42,381 nt of DNA, taken from Fidelibacterota bacterium (GTDB lineage Bacteria; Fidelibacterota; Marinisomatia; Marinisomatales; Marinisomataceae). Within the stretch, counting starts at the first letter, position 1. Each line of letters starts with the position of its first letter. The position numbers and the translations under genes were made by a program. Under the pieces are notes generated by a model. The model was not told the origin of the DNA, ran no database searches, and saw only the letters and a list, made by a program, of their open reading frames with translations. Below, one piece after another: positions 1 to 9,621 of the stretch. The DNA lies in NCBI GenBank assembly GCA_002701645.1, contig NZWP01000022.1, positions 21,982-64,362 on the forward strand, given 5' to 3'.

Positions 1-1622
1 CCGCCGTATGATGCAGAAATAGCAGTTCCTGTAGTTGCAATATCAGTAATACCTGCAGTGATAGATGATACGTCAGAAGGAGTGCCTCCTCCATACCAAA
101 CATATGCATGCCCGCCATCATGTGCTTGATCGATAACATGCTTAAGCTTTTCACCCTGCATGCCCATGATAATACAATACTGTAATAAAAGATCTGGATC
201 AAAATCTTGTATATTTAGCTTATTTTCCTGTAAAGCATCGCCAAATGCATGCCATCTTAAATGCAATTCTCTGCCCTTTTTAGATAATCTTGATCCCATA
301 AGAATAATAAGAAATAGTATAGATGGTATAATGCTAAGAAATGCCCAAAATGTTTTATAAAAAATACCCAATCCAATTATTGAGAAAAAAAGAATTATTT
401 GAAGAGATTTCGCATTTCCTCTTTCTTGATCCCCAGAAGTATCAATCCATTCTAATTTCTTAATTTCTTTAGCACGATTTTGATTCCATTTAGAATTTGA
501 AAATGAATATTTTTGCCATATTTTTGAGAAATAGGTGTTAGTTCCAATAGTTAAAATTCTATCAAGCAATAACTTTGAAAAACTATTAGATAAATCGGAT
601 GTATCTGGATTGATAACATCTACCTTTAATTTCTTTGATTTAAAAATCCACTTACCCGATTCAACCGTTTCAAGATGAACTTTTTTCTTACTAGCTAATT
701 CAAATAAGGTTGCCAGAATGCCAAATGGACTAACGCTTGGATATCGCCATATAAGCCATCCTATTAAGACTGGATGATGGTTGGATGGAAATTCTGTAAA
801 GTTTTGATTATCATCGATTGATATTTTTTGTTCAATCAAATATTTTCTAATAAAGCTTATTCCAAACAACAAAGAAAGCAATGCCATTGCAATAACGCCA
901 TAAGAGACTGTTCTTTGATTCTTTTCTTGCAATAGTAATCCAGCAAGCGAAAACTTGTCATTATTTATAGACGAATTTGATAAGTATGACGTCGGAAATA
1001 TTGTTCGTAATTGTAAAACAGTATTACCAGTAAAAGTATCAGAATATAGCTCAAAAAGACCATTCTCTTTTATTGAAGATTCATACTTCTTAGATCTAAT
1101 TGGTTGTTCAACAGAATAGTATAGCGTATTAGTATCTATATCACCATCAAATTTTTGTGTCAAATTTAACTTTCCTGGACGCTTGTCAAACTTATCATCT
1201 AAATACACCCAACGAAATTGTGCATCTGTTTTTCCAACTGTAAAAGGATTCTTTAGTTTATACTTTAAGGTAAATGTTTTATCCTCATCTATAGACGAAT
1301 GATACCAATAAATACGGTAATATTTATCTCTTGATTCAATTCTAAAATTTCCTTCTTCTTCTGTTTCAGTATTTAAATAAGGTTTGTCTCCTTCAAATAC
1401 TTGAATATCATACAATTGGTCATACCCTTTTTTACGAATATCTCTGTATACAAAAGAATAAGTTCCCTTGAAACTAAATACTCTTGTTTCTTGTATTTCA
1501 ACTATTCCTTCTTTCAGGATATTTGATTCAATATTTGTACTGAGAATTTTGTAAGACTTACCTTGTGCTTGTAGGAAGGTAATTGATAGAAGTAAGTATA
1601 ATAGTATGTTTTTGAATTTCAT
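1..1622 (-). CDS. DUF2207-family membrane protein (3' end runs off the window)
   Basis: Not in the ORF track because its stop lies outside the window. Manual translation from ATG 1622 gives MKFKNILLYLLLSITFLQAQGKSYKILSTNIESNILKEGIVEIQETRVFSFKGTYSFVYRDI (signal peptide plus DUF2207-type N-terminus). The window edge reads ...TAISASYGG, the start of the typical Gly/Ser-rich tail. Confidence 0.75.
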   Translation of the reverse strand, partial: MKFKNILLYLLLSITFLQAQGKSYKILSTNIESNILKEGIVEIQETRVFSFKGTYSFVYRDIRKKGYDQLYDIQVFEGDKPYLNTETEEEGNFRIESRDKYYRIYWYHSSIDEDKTFTLKYKLKNPFTVGKTDAQFRWVYLDDKFDKRPGKLNLTQKFDGDIDTNTLYYSVEQPIRSKKYESSIKENGLFELYSDTFTGNTVLQLRTIFPTSYLSNSSINNDKFSLAGLLLQEKNQRTVSYGVIAMALLSLLFGISFIRKYLIEQKISIDDNQNFTEFPSNHHPVLIGWLIWRYPSVSPFGILATLFELASKKKVHLETVESGKWIFKSKKLKVDVINPDTSDLSNSFSKLLLDRILTIGTNTYFSKIWQKYSFSNSKWNQNRAKEIKKLEWIDTSGDQERGNAKSLQIILFFSIIGLGIFYKTFWAFLSIIPSILFLIILMGSRLSKKGRELHLRWHAFGDALQENKLNIQDFDPDLLLQYCIIMGMQGEKLKHVIDQAHDGGHAYVWYGGGTPSDVSSITAGITDIATTGTAISASYG

Positions 1623-1696
1623 TCAATAAATCTAACGATTATTCAGAGTAGATGTCTATTGGAATAATAAGATGAGGATTAGTCTTTGTAGATAAG

Positions 1697-1773
1697 GATA
1701 AAAATAGGGATTAGAAGATAGTTATGCTAAAACTGGTAGCCATGCTATCCCAACTCTAAGCCCTATTTTTATC
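1697..1773. repeat. Inverted repeat / long hairpin
   Basis: GATAAAAATAGGGATTAGA (1697-1715) pairs with TCTAAGCCCTATTTTTATC (1755-1773) at 18/19 positions, with further imperfect pairing inside the loop. Confidence 0.8.
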
Positions 1774-2105
1774 TATGAAAAATAAACTTTGGCTTTGGTA
1801 AAATTTAGAATGGTGGAGTGTCCATGAAACAAATATAAGGATAAAATATGACAAACGAAAATCTGAGACTACTGATGGGGGTTGAGAATTAGTATTTTGA
1901 TGAGGATTAAAAAAATAAAATCCACAAGGCGAAAAGGAATATTGTAATACCACTAATAGTAGAAAGTGCAATTATAATTTGTCCAATATTCATAACTAAA
2001 TATAAGGATAAAAAATGAGTAAAGAAAAAAACCTAAAACCTTTTGAAAAGCCACTATGCAGATACTATGCATATCAAAGTCGCTTTCAGACGAGAGAAAT
2101 GTCGC

Positions 2106-2147
2106 AAAAAAAAGGGCTTAGAAATTAATCTAAACCCTCTTTTATCC
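2106..2147 (-). terminator. Probable intrinsic terminator after tRNA-Val
   Basis: Minus strand reads AGGGTTTAGA-ttaatt-TCTAAGCCCT followed by a T-run, just 3' of the tRNA. Confidence 0.7.
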
Positions 2148-2160
2148 AGTTTTGTCGTCG

Positions 2161-2234
2161 TGGGCGATGAGAGATTCGAACTCCCGACCCTCTACATGTC
2201 GAGCAGATGCTCTAACCAGCTGAGCTAATCGCCC
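2161..2234 (-). tRNA. tRNA-Val(GAC)
   Basis: GGGCGATTAGCTCAGCTGGTTAGAGCATCTGCTCGACATGTAGAGGGTCGGGAGTTCGAATCTCTCATCGCCCA. Cloverleaf with anticodon stem TCTGC/GTAGA and loop TCGACAT; CCA not encoded. Confidence 0.93.
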
Positions 2235-2252
2235 AAATTTTTAAACTATAGC

Positions 2253-3119
2253 TTAACCTGTAACTTTTACAATCAACTTGTCAAACCATTTGTCCGATAA
2301 TATACTTCTCATTGTTAAAAGTATCCAGCTATATGCACCAGCTGAATACCTTGTTTTAGGATTTTTAGCACTTATTGCTTTTTCAATGACTTTCGCTATT
2401 ACTATCGGATCAGAATAATCGTCAAAGCTGTTTTCTTCTGAATCATCTGGAGAGCCATAGAAATTTTTATATTCCGAGTTTTTACTATACTTTTCATAAT
2501 ATTTTGCTGAAGCATTGCTGATGTTTGTTTTGATTAAGCCTGGCTCAATGATTACTACATCTATTCCAAACTGTTTCACTTCTAATCTAAGTACATCAGA
2601 CCAACCTTCAAGAGCATGTTTGGATGCAACATACCATCCCAAAAGAGGATTATATACTTTACCTAATACTGAAGAAATGTTGATAATAGTTCCACTTCCT
2701 TGAGCTCTCATGTGCGGCAATACTGCTTTAACAGTTCTACCAATACCAAATAAATTTACTTCAAACTGATACATCGCATCCTCCATTGATACATCCTCAA
2801 TAGCACTGCCAACAGCAATTCCAGCATTGTTCACTAATACGTCTATTCTACCCTGTTCCGCAATTATTCTTGAAATAGCATTGTCAACGTGCTCTTGATT
2901 TGTAACATCCATCTCTAATGCTATGCCACCAATATCATTTAGATATAGATTTTCATCCACTAAAATATCTCCACCATAAACAATATGGCCCTTATCTAAT
3001 AAATATTTAGCTGTAGATTTACCGATTCCGTGGGCAGTTCCAGTAATCAATACAACCTTTGGTGTATTTGCTGATATAAATCCAATCATTAGAAATGATA
3101 ATAATATTTTTTTAAGCAT
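2253..3119 (-). CDS. Short-chain dehydrogenase/reductase (SDR)
   Basis: TGTAHGIG Rossmann motif, LVNNAG, catalytic YVASK; N-terminal signal-like hydrophobic stretch. Confidence 0.92.
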   Translation of the reverse strand: MLKKILLSFLMIGFISANTPKVVLITGTAHGIGKSTAKYLLDKGHIVYGGDILVDENLYLNDIGGIALEMDVTNQEHVDNAISRIIAEQGRIDVLVNNAGIAVGSAIEDVSMEDAMYQFEVNLFGIGRTVKAVLPHMRAQGSGTIINISSVLGKVYNPLLGWYVASKHALEGWSDVLRLEVKQFGIDVVIIEPGLIKTNISNASAKYYEKYSKNSEYKNFYGSPDDSEENSFDDYSDPIVIAKVIEKAISAKNPKTRYSAGAYSWILLTMRSILSDKWFDKLIVKVTG

Positions 3120-3194
3120 TAGAAGCTCCTTTATTTATTTTTTGAGTTAATGATAAGCCAAGCAAAAAAATGCATGACCTTATTTAATGTTTTT

Positions 3195-3563
3195 TCAAAC
3201 ATCTTTTGAATGCCAATATGCCAATCCAATAAATAGGAATTGGAATGGAAGTCTTCCCCATGCAACTGCTGCTGTAGTTCCCATTGCATCTCCATTAGTC
3301 AATGCAAGGTATATGTTAGCTGGAAATACTGCAATTAAGAGCAAAATAAGCCCCCAGGCAGCATAATATCGTGTTTTAGGTATCAGAAGTAAGAAACCAA
3401 ATGAAACCTCGAAAAATCCACTAATATAAACTGATGCTAAATGAAACGGAAAACAAGGTGGCATAATTTGTACAAACCATTCCGGCTCAATAAAATGCTT
3501 CGCTCCTACATTCATATAAAAACATGCCATCAATACAATAGTTAATAACTTAATTTTTTTCAT
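3195..3563 (-). CDS. DoxX-like small membrane protein
   Basis: GAKHF...P, VYISGFFE, AVFPANIY and RLPFQ motifs; about 4 TM segments. Confidence 0.75.
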   Translation of the reverse strand: MKKIKLLTIVLMACFYMNVGAKHFIEPEWFVQIMPPCFPFHLASVYISGFFEVSFGFLLLIPKTRYYAAWGLILLLIAVFPANIYLALTNGDAMGTTAAVAWGRLPFQFLFIGLAYWHSKDV

Positions 3564-5290
3564 TATACCGATATAGATCCTTTTCGAAAATCTGTTTTTC
3601 CGATACGAACATTTACTAATACTGGATGTCCGTTTTTTACATCTTCTTTTGCTTGCAATAATACATTCTCTAATTCACTTGTATCGTCTACAGCATAACC
3701 TTTTCCACCATAGCCGATTGCTACTTGATGATAAGCGGTATTTGCAAGATTTGTCCCTATGGGACTTCCAAGCATATCAACTTGTTCTCGCGCAATTTGT
3801 TGCCACGAAGCATCATTTCCTACAATTGCAATAACCGGCAACTTATGGCGAACAAATGTATCAAATTCAGCTAAACTAAATGCGCATGCTCCATCTCCAT
3901 AAATAATCCAAACTTCTTTATTTTTATATGCACTTTTTGCTCCCAAAGCAAATCCGCCCCCAACGCCTAATGTTCCAAATGGGCCTGGATCTAACCAACT
4001 TAAAGGTCCTCTAGGTCGAACAACATATGATGCTGTACCTACAAAATCTCCACCATCTGCTATTAAGATACTATTGTCATCTAGAAGGTTGTTAATTGTA
4101 GTACATAATTTGATAGGATTAACAAAATCCGTTGTCATTTCAGATTGTTGTATAATTTCGTCATCGCGATTCTTTTCAAGAACATTTAACTCTTGTAACC
4201 ATTCTGTGCATTTTGGAGGATTAATAACTTTAGCAATTTCACAAATTGCTCGTGTTGGATCCCCGTTAATTCCAATAAATGGTTTTCTATTCTTTTTCAT
4301 ATCTGTTTTGCTTTTATTAATTGCAATAATCTTTGCATTTGTATTAATAGAAAATCCATATCCCAATCGAAAATCTAATGGCACACCTACAGTTAGTACG
4401 ACATCAGCATTCTTTAAAGCATATTTACGATTATGACGCATAAAAAATGTATCATTTTCGTTAAAACATCCTCGTGACATTCCCGATGTATAAGTAGGAA
4501 TAGAAAGCTTGTTTAGACTCTTAATAAACTGCGGTAAAGCCGCTTTATTTTGTGTCACTTGATTACCAAGCAATACAACAGGTTTTTTAGCATTTACAAT
4601 TGCTAATGCTGCACTATCTATATCTTTTTGTTGTCCAAGAAATCTTGTCTTTTTTCTAATTTTTATCGATGATTTTTTATCAGAAAACATGTTGTTTAAA
4701 TGTCGATTTACATACCATGTCATTACTTTGCCTACAATCCCGTTCGATGGCAATTGATTTGCATGCTGTTCTCGAATACTATCTTCTGGATACAATAAAT
4801 CAATAGGGAGTTCTACAAATACTGGCCCAGGAACCCCTGACGTTGCTGTGTTTAAAGCATTGGTAAGTGATGGCACTATATCACGCGTTTTACTAACGCT
4901 TACAGCCGACTTAACATGAGGTTTTATTAAGGCCATTTGATCAATATCTTGCAAAGACCCCTTGCCACGTAAAAGTGTTGCTGCTGCTCCACCAATCAAT
5001 ATTAATGGTGATTGTGCTAATTGAGCATTCTTAATTGCGGTAATAGTATTAGTCACTCCGGGCCCAGCAGTAACTATAGCAACTCCTACACTATCAGTCA
5101 ACCTAGATACAGCGTCAGCTGCAAATACTGTCGAAACTTCATCGCGAACTTCTATAATATCAATTCCTTCCGATTCACATCCAACGAGAATTGGAGATAT
5201 ATGTCCTCCACATAATGTAAAAACAGTATTGATATGATTGTTTTTAAAAAAAGAACTTACACTAAAACCTGCATGCATTTTAGATGTCAT
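3563..5290 (-). CDS. ThDP-dependent enzyme, acetolactate-synthase-like (ILVBL/HACL2-type, probable 2-hydroxyacyl-CoA lyase)
   Basis: [42 protein letters not shown]...GND ThDP motif, C-terminal DFRKGSISV. Confidence 0.85.
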   Translation of the reverse strand: MTSKMHAGFSVSSFFKNNHINTVFTLCGGHISPILVGCESEGIDIIEVRDEVSTVFAADAVSRLTDSVGVAIVTAGPGVTNTITAIKNAQLAQSPLILIGGAAATLLRGKGSLQDIDQMALIKPHVKSAVSVSKTRDIVPSLTNALNTATSGVPGPVFVELPIDLLYPEDSIREQHANQLPSNGIVGKVMTWYVNRHLNNMFSDKKSSIKIRKKTRFLGQQKDIDSAALAIVNAKKPVVLLGNQVTQNKAALPQFIKSLNKLSIPTYTSGMSRGCFNENDTFFMRHNRKYALKNADVVLTVGVPLDFRLGYGFSINTNAKIIAINKSKTDMKKNRKPFIGINGDPTRAICEIAKVINPPKCTEWLQELNVLEKNRDDEIIQQSEMTTDFVNPIKLCTTINNLLDDNSILIADGGDFVGTASYVVRPRGPLSWLDPGPFGTLGVGGGFALGAKSAYKNKEVWIIYGDGACAFSLAEFDTFVRHKLPVIAIVGNDASWQQIAREQVDMLGSPIGTNLANTAYHQVAIGYGGKGYAVDDTSELENVLLQAKEDVKNGHPVLVNVRIGKTDFRKGSISV

Positions 5291-5296
5291 AAATAA

Positions 5297-6970
5297 TTAA
5301 CTTTTGATTGCTGCAACCTGATTAGGTTCAGGTACTGTTAAGAGTGACGAATAAATAGAATTATCCATTAAAATCTCTAGCGCTTTAATGACTACTTTAT
5401 CGTCTTTAAGATATAGTTCATATTTTCCATTATTTCCATCATAGTAGAAAGCAAATTCCCCTAAAATCATTCTTTTAATCACATCATTTTCAATTTCAAA
5501 CATTTCTGATTTAGTTTTATCAATTTGTCTCTCTATGACACTGAAAGCATTTTTTAAGAAAATATTATCCTTATCTTCTTTTGATAATTTTTCTTTCGCT
5601 ACTTCTAGATCTTCTTGCCCATCAACATAACCTTTAATGTCACTATCATTAATAAAAGTCTTAAAATTTTTCATTAAACTATTATCAGCTATTACTTCAT
5701 CGATAGATATATATTGATCGCTAGATTGTTGTACAAATCGGAAATAGCCTCCATTTCTTAGAATAGAAGCTGCTAATGGGTAAGAACCTTCATCTTTTAC
5801 TACAATATCTGGTGAAATACCTCCACCGCCCAAGACAGTTCTTCCTGCTATTGTTTGATATAATGAATCTGCAACTAAACTATTATCTGCTATCAATTCT
5901 TCATCTATAAATTTTCGTTTTTGAATAGAGCGACCACTTGGAATATAATATTTAGAATTAGTAATTTTTAAAGCAGTATCTTGATTGATTCCTATTACAG
6001 TCTGAACTAATCCTTTTCCAAAAGACTGATCTCCCAATACAACAGCTCTATCATGGTCTTGTAAAACTCCAGCAACAATCTCGCTCGCTGAGGCACTACC
6101 ACCATTAATCAACACTGCTATACCTATCGAGCTTGGTACAAATGAATTATTTAATGACTTATAATTTTTTAGATTTCTTTCTTTTCGCCCTTTTGTTGAA
6201 ACCATCTCTACATCTTTTGGTAAAATCAAATCTAAAACATCTAATGAAGATGACAATAACCCACCTGGATTATCCCTTAAATCAATGATAATATTATCAG
6301 CACCTTCATCCATTAAAGACAGTAAAGCATCTCTGGTTTCGCCTGCAGTATTATTTGAAAAATTTGTAATTCTAAGATAACCAACTTCTGGATTTGCCAT
6401 CCCATAGTAAGGAATATCTTTGATTGTAATGATATCTCTAGTGATAGCATAATCTTCTGTTTCACCTGTAATTGGTTTTTTAATCGTTAATATGACGTCT
6501 GTGCCTTTATCGCCTCTAATTTTGTTAGTAGCTTCTTTTAATTCTAACCCCTTAGTAGATTCTCCGTCAATATTCATAATTTCATCACCCGTAAAAATAC
6601 CAGCACGTGATGCTGGAGATCCTTCAATAGGACCTACAACGGTTAACTGATCTTTATACATATATATTTGAAGACCTACTCCACTAAATTTACCATCTGT
6701 TTTCACCGCTAAATCTTCTAGATCTTTTTTTTCATAGTATTCCGTGTATGGATCAAAATTTTCTAACATAGATTTAATAATTCTAGAGGTTAACTTTGGC
6801 ACATCAAGTTCATGCACATACTCTGTTAATAAATATTTATATACTGTCATAATCTGTTGTTGTGATCGTGCAATATCACGATAAACATCCAGTTGCTGAC
6901 TACGCAATATTCCAAAAAAACATACTACCAAAACCATAAAAATAATCGATGCTTTTTTTAAATATCTCAT
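5297..6970 (-). CDS. C-terminal processing protease, S41 family (CtpA/Prc)
   Basis: DPYT, PDZ domain, DLRDNPGGLL, SASASEIVAG, SFGKGLVQ, YYIPSGRSIQ. Confidence 0.93.
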   Translation of the reverse strand: MRYLKKASIIFMVLVVCFFGILRSQQLDVYRDIARSQQQIMTVYKYLLTEYVHELDVPKLTSRIIKSMLENFDPYTEYYEKKDLEDLAVKTDGKFSGVGLQIYMYKDQLTVVGPIEGSPASRAGIFTGDEIMNIDGESTKGLELKEATNKIRGDKGTDVILTIKKPITGETEDYAITRDIITIKDIPYYGMANPEVGYLRITNFSNNTAGETRDALLSLMDEGADNIIIDLRDNPGGLLSSSLDVLDLILPKDVEMVSTKGRKERNLKNYKSLNNSFVPSSIGIAVLINGGSASASEIVAGVLQDHDRAVVLGDQSFGKGLVQTVIGINQDTALKITNSKYYIPSGRSIQKRKFIDEELIADNSLVADSLYQTIAGRTVLGGGGISPDIVVKDEGSYPLAASILRNGGYFRFVQQSSDQYISIDEVIADNSLMKNFKTFINDSDIKGYVDGQEDLEVAKEKLSKEDKDNIFLKNAFSVIERQIDKTKSEMFEIENDVIKRMILGEFAFYYDGNNGKYELYLKDDKVVIKALEILMDNSIYSSLLTVPEPNQVAAIKS

Positions 6971-7608
6971 AAACTAAATTTTTCCTTCATTATGCTCCAT
7001 ATATCTTCAAAAACTTTATCAATAGATTGTTCCCCATTAATTAAAATTACTCTCTCTGGCTCTTTGGTATTCATGGCCAAATATTGATCGCGCACTCTTT
7101 GTTGAAAATTTGCACCTTCTCTTTCAATTCTATCTCTTGAAACAGACATTCTTTCATTTGCTTTTTCGACAGGAATATCAATAAAAAATGTGATATCAGG
7201 TTTTAACGTATATGTTCCAAAATTGTTTATTTCTTCTAATGCATTAACACTTAAACCTCTTCCACCACCCTGATATGCTAATGTAGAATCTGCATATCGA
7301 TCGGCTACAACCCATTTTCCATTAATAATATGAGGTAAAATAACCTTGTCAGTAAGTTGGGCTCTACTTGCAATCATAAGTAATGCTTCAGCACGATCTG
7401 ACATAGATTCTTCAGCATGAAGTAATAATTTTCGAATAGATTCAGATATATGATCGCCGCCTGGCTCTCTAACCGTCACTGCTGATATATCAGTTTCAAA
7501 AAGTTTTTCAACTAATTTGTCAGCTTGTGTAGATTTTCCACATCCATCAACACCTTCAAGCGTAATAAACTTTCCGTTAGAAATAGATTTTGTCATGATT
7601 TTTTCCAA
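6967..7608 (-). CDS. tmk: Thymidylate kinase (true start possibly 7596)
   Basis: FITLEGVDGCGKSTQ P-loop, REPGG, DRYADSTLAYQGGGRG. Confidence 0.96.
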   Translation of the reverse strand: MEKIMTKSISNGKFITLEGVDGCGKSTQADKLVEKLFETDISAVTVREPGGDHISESIRKLLLHAEESMSDRAEALLMIASRAQLTDKVILPHIINGKWVVADRYADSTLAYQGGGRGLSVNALEEINNFGTYTLKPDITFFIDIPVEKANERMSVSRDRIEREGANFQQRVRDQYLAMNTKEPERVILINGEQSIDKVFEDIWSIMKEKFSL

Positions 7609-8269
7609 TAATAATTACTAATTCACCTTTAATTTTTTTTGATTCAAAAAATTCTATTATACTGTTAAAATTACCTCTAATAATTTCTTCATACAACTTT
7701 GTTAATTCTCTAGCAACAACAACAGGTCTTTCACCTAATGCTTCCTTTAATTGAATTAACGTCTTCATTAGTCGGTGAGGACTCTCAAATAATACTATAG
7801 TAGTATCTATATTTTCTAAAGAAGAAATTTTCTTCTGTCTTCCTTTCTTTGCTGGTAAGAACCCTATAAATGTAAAAGCGTCTGACGGTAACCCTGATGC
7901 ACTAACAGCAGTAGTCAGAGCAGATGCTCCTGGAATTGGAACAATATCAATACCTTCGCTAATACATTCTCTGATTAAACTATATCCGGGATCGCTAATA
8001 GTTGGTGTTCCAGCATCAGAAATCAATGCAACATCTTTATTGTCATTTAAAATATCTAAGACACGAGCAATTTCCTTATCACTACTATGATCGTGATAAC
8101 TATATAATTTTGTATCAATATCATAATGATTGATTAATTTTTTTGAGGTTCGCGTATCTTCTGCAAAAACACAATGAACATTCTTTAGAGTTTCTACTGC
8201 TCGAAATGTAAAATCTTGTAAATTGCCAATTGGTGTAGCAACGACAAATAATTTGCCTTGACCTGACAT
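7577..8269 (-). CDS. rsmI: 16S rRNA C1402 2'-O-methyltransferase
   Basis: LFVVATPIGNL, AEDTR, SDAGTPTISDPG, FESPHRL, RELTKLYEE. Confidence 0.96.
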   Translation of the reverse strand: MSGQGKLFVVATPIGNLQDFTFRAVETLKNVHCVFAEDTRTSKKLINHYDIDTKLYSYHDHSSDKEIARVLDILNDNKDVALISDAGTPTISDPGYSLIRECISEGIDIVPIPGASALTTAVSASGLPSDAFTFIGFLPAKKGRQKKISSLENIDTTIVLFESPHRLMKTLIQLKEALGERPVVVARELTKLYEEIIRGNFNSIIEFFESKKIKGELVIIIGKNHDKIYF

Positions 8270-9618
8270 TATGCCAGCTTATTTAATGCACGCTTAAAAC
8301 AGTCCATTCCAAAATCAATATCTTCGGTCGTAACATTTAAATGTGGTCTAAAGCGTATTGAATAATTTCCAGAACCTAATAGAATTGAACCTTCATCCAT
8401 AAGAAGCTCTGATAATTTGTCTCTTTTATCGCTTGAAGGCAAATCAAAGGCACAATACAGCCCTTTTCCTCTTGCGTTTGATACAAAACCAGGGTATTCA
8501 TTTTGAAGCTCTTTCATGCTATTTAAAAGGTATAGTCCATTTTTAGCTGCTTGATCTACTAAATTATCTCGTTCAATCAGTTCTAAATAAATAGTTAATC
8601 GTACCATATCAACTAAACTTCCACCCCATGTAGAATTAATACGACTTGATTCTTGAAACACATTACCTTCTACTTCATCTACGCGAGTACTAGCAGCAAT
8701 ACCGCAAACCTGTGTTTTCTTACCAAATGAGATGATATCAGGTTTAGCTGACAAACCATCTCCACAGTCACATTCAGATTCACAACTTCCTGATGAGAAG
8801 TGTTGATGGGCCCACATTTTTCCTGTGATACCAATACCGGTCTGTACTTCATCATAAATAAGCATAATATCGTTTTCGTTGGCAATCTCTCTTAATGCCT
8901 GCATAAACTCGCATCTGAAATGATTGTCTCCACCTTCACCTTGTATAGGCTCTAAAATAATAGAAGCAATATTATCTGGATTTGCAGCAATAGCTTCTTT
9001 GATTTCATGCAATGATTGTTTCTCTAATGCTTGAACGTGCTCTAGATTATCTTTTAAAGGAAATGTAATCTTAGGGTTACTAACCCTAGGCCAATCAAAT
9101 TTTGGAAAATACATTGTTTTTCTTTTATCTGGAGAATCAGTTAGAGACATGGTATATCCTGTTCGTCCATGAAAGCATTGCTTAAAATGAAGGACTTTCT
9201 CTCCTTTAGCGCTACTTCCTTTTGCTAAATTTTTTCTACGTTTCCAATCAAATGCAACTTTTAAAGCATTTTCAACTGCCAGACCGCCACCCTCTATAAA
9301 GAAAGTATGTGGTAAATAATCTGGTTGAGCTACACGCTTAAAGGTTTGCATGAATTCTGCCATTTCTTGTGAATAAACATCTGAATTTGTTGGCTTGTTA
9401 ATTGCAGCAATACGCAATCTTTCGGATTGTTCTAATACGTAAGGATGGTTATATCCAACAGAAAGAGATGCAAACATAGAAAATAAATCTAAATACTCTT
9501 TACCACTAACCTTATCAACTAACCAAGATCCATGGGATTTTTCTAAATCAATAATTGGAGACATTCCATCTGCAAGAATACTTTGAGAAATTACTTTCCT
9601 AATATCCGCTTTATTCAT
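8269..9618 (-). CDS. lat: L-lysine 6-transaminase (class III PLP aminotransferase)
   Basis: ILADG, KPTNSDVY, GLAVENALKVAFDWK, FHGRTGYTMSLT, EPIQGEGGDNHF, DEVQTG, FGKK, SRINSTWGG, IRFRP. Confidence 0.9.
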   Translation of the reverse strand: MNKADIRKVISQSILADGMSPIIDLEKSHGSWLVDKVSGKEYLDLFSMFASLSVGYNHPYVLEQSERLRIAAINKPTNSDVYSQEMAEFMQTFKRVAQPDYLPHTFFIEGGGLAVENALKVAFDWKRRKNLAKGSSAKGEKVLHFKQCFHGRTGYTMSLTDSPDKRKTMYFPKFDWPRVSNPKITFPLKDNLEHVQALEKQSLHEIKEAIAANPDNIASIILEPIQGEGGDNHFRCEFMQALREIANENDIMLIYDEVQTGIGITGKMWAHQHFSSGSCESECDCGDGLSAKPDIISFGKKTQVCGIAASTRVDEVEGNVFQESSRINSTWGGSLVDMVRLTIYLELIERDNLVDQAAKNGLYLLNSMKELQNEYPGFVSNARGKGLYCAFDLPSSDKRDKLSELLMDEGSILLGSGNYSIRFRPHLNVTTEDIDFGMDCFKRALNKLA

Positions 9619-9621
9619 TTA

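Noticed and set aside
1756-2228. ORFs 1756..1971 (-) and 2043..2228 (+) as genes
   Set aside because: No recognisable motifs; they overlap the hairpin, the terminator and the antisense of tRNA-Val.
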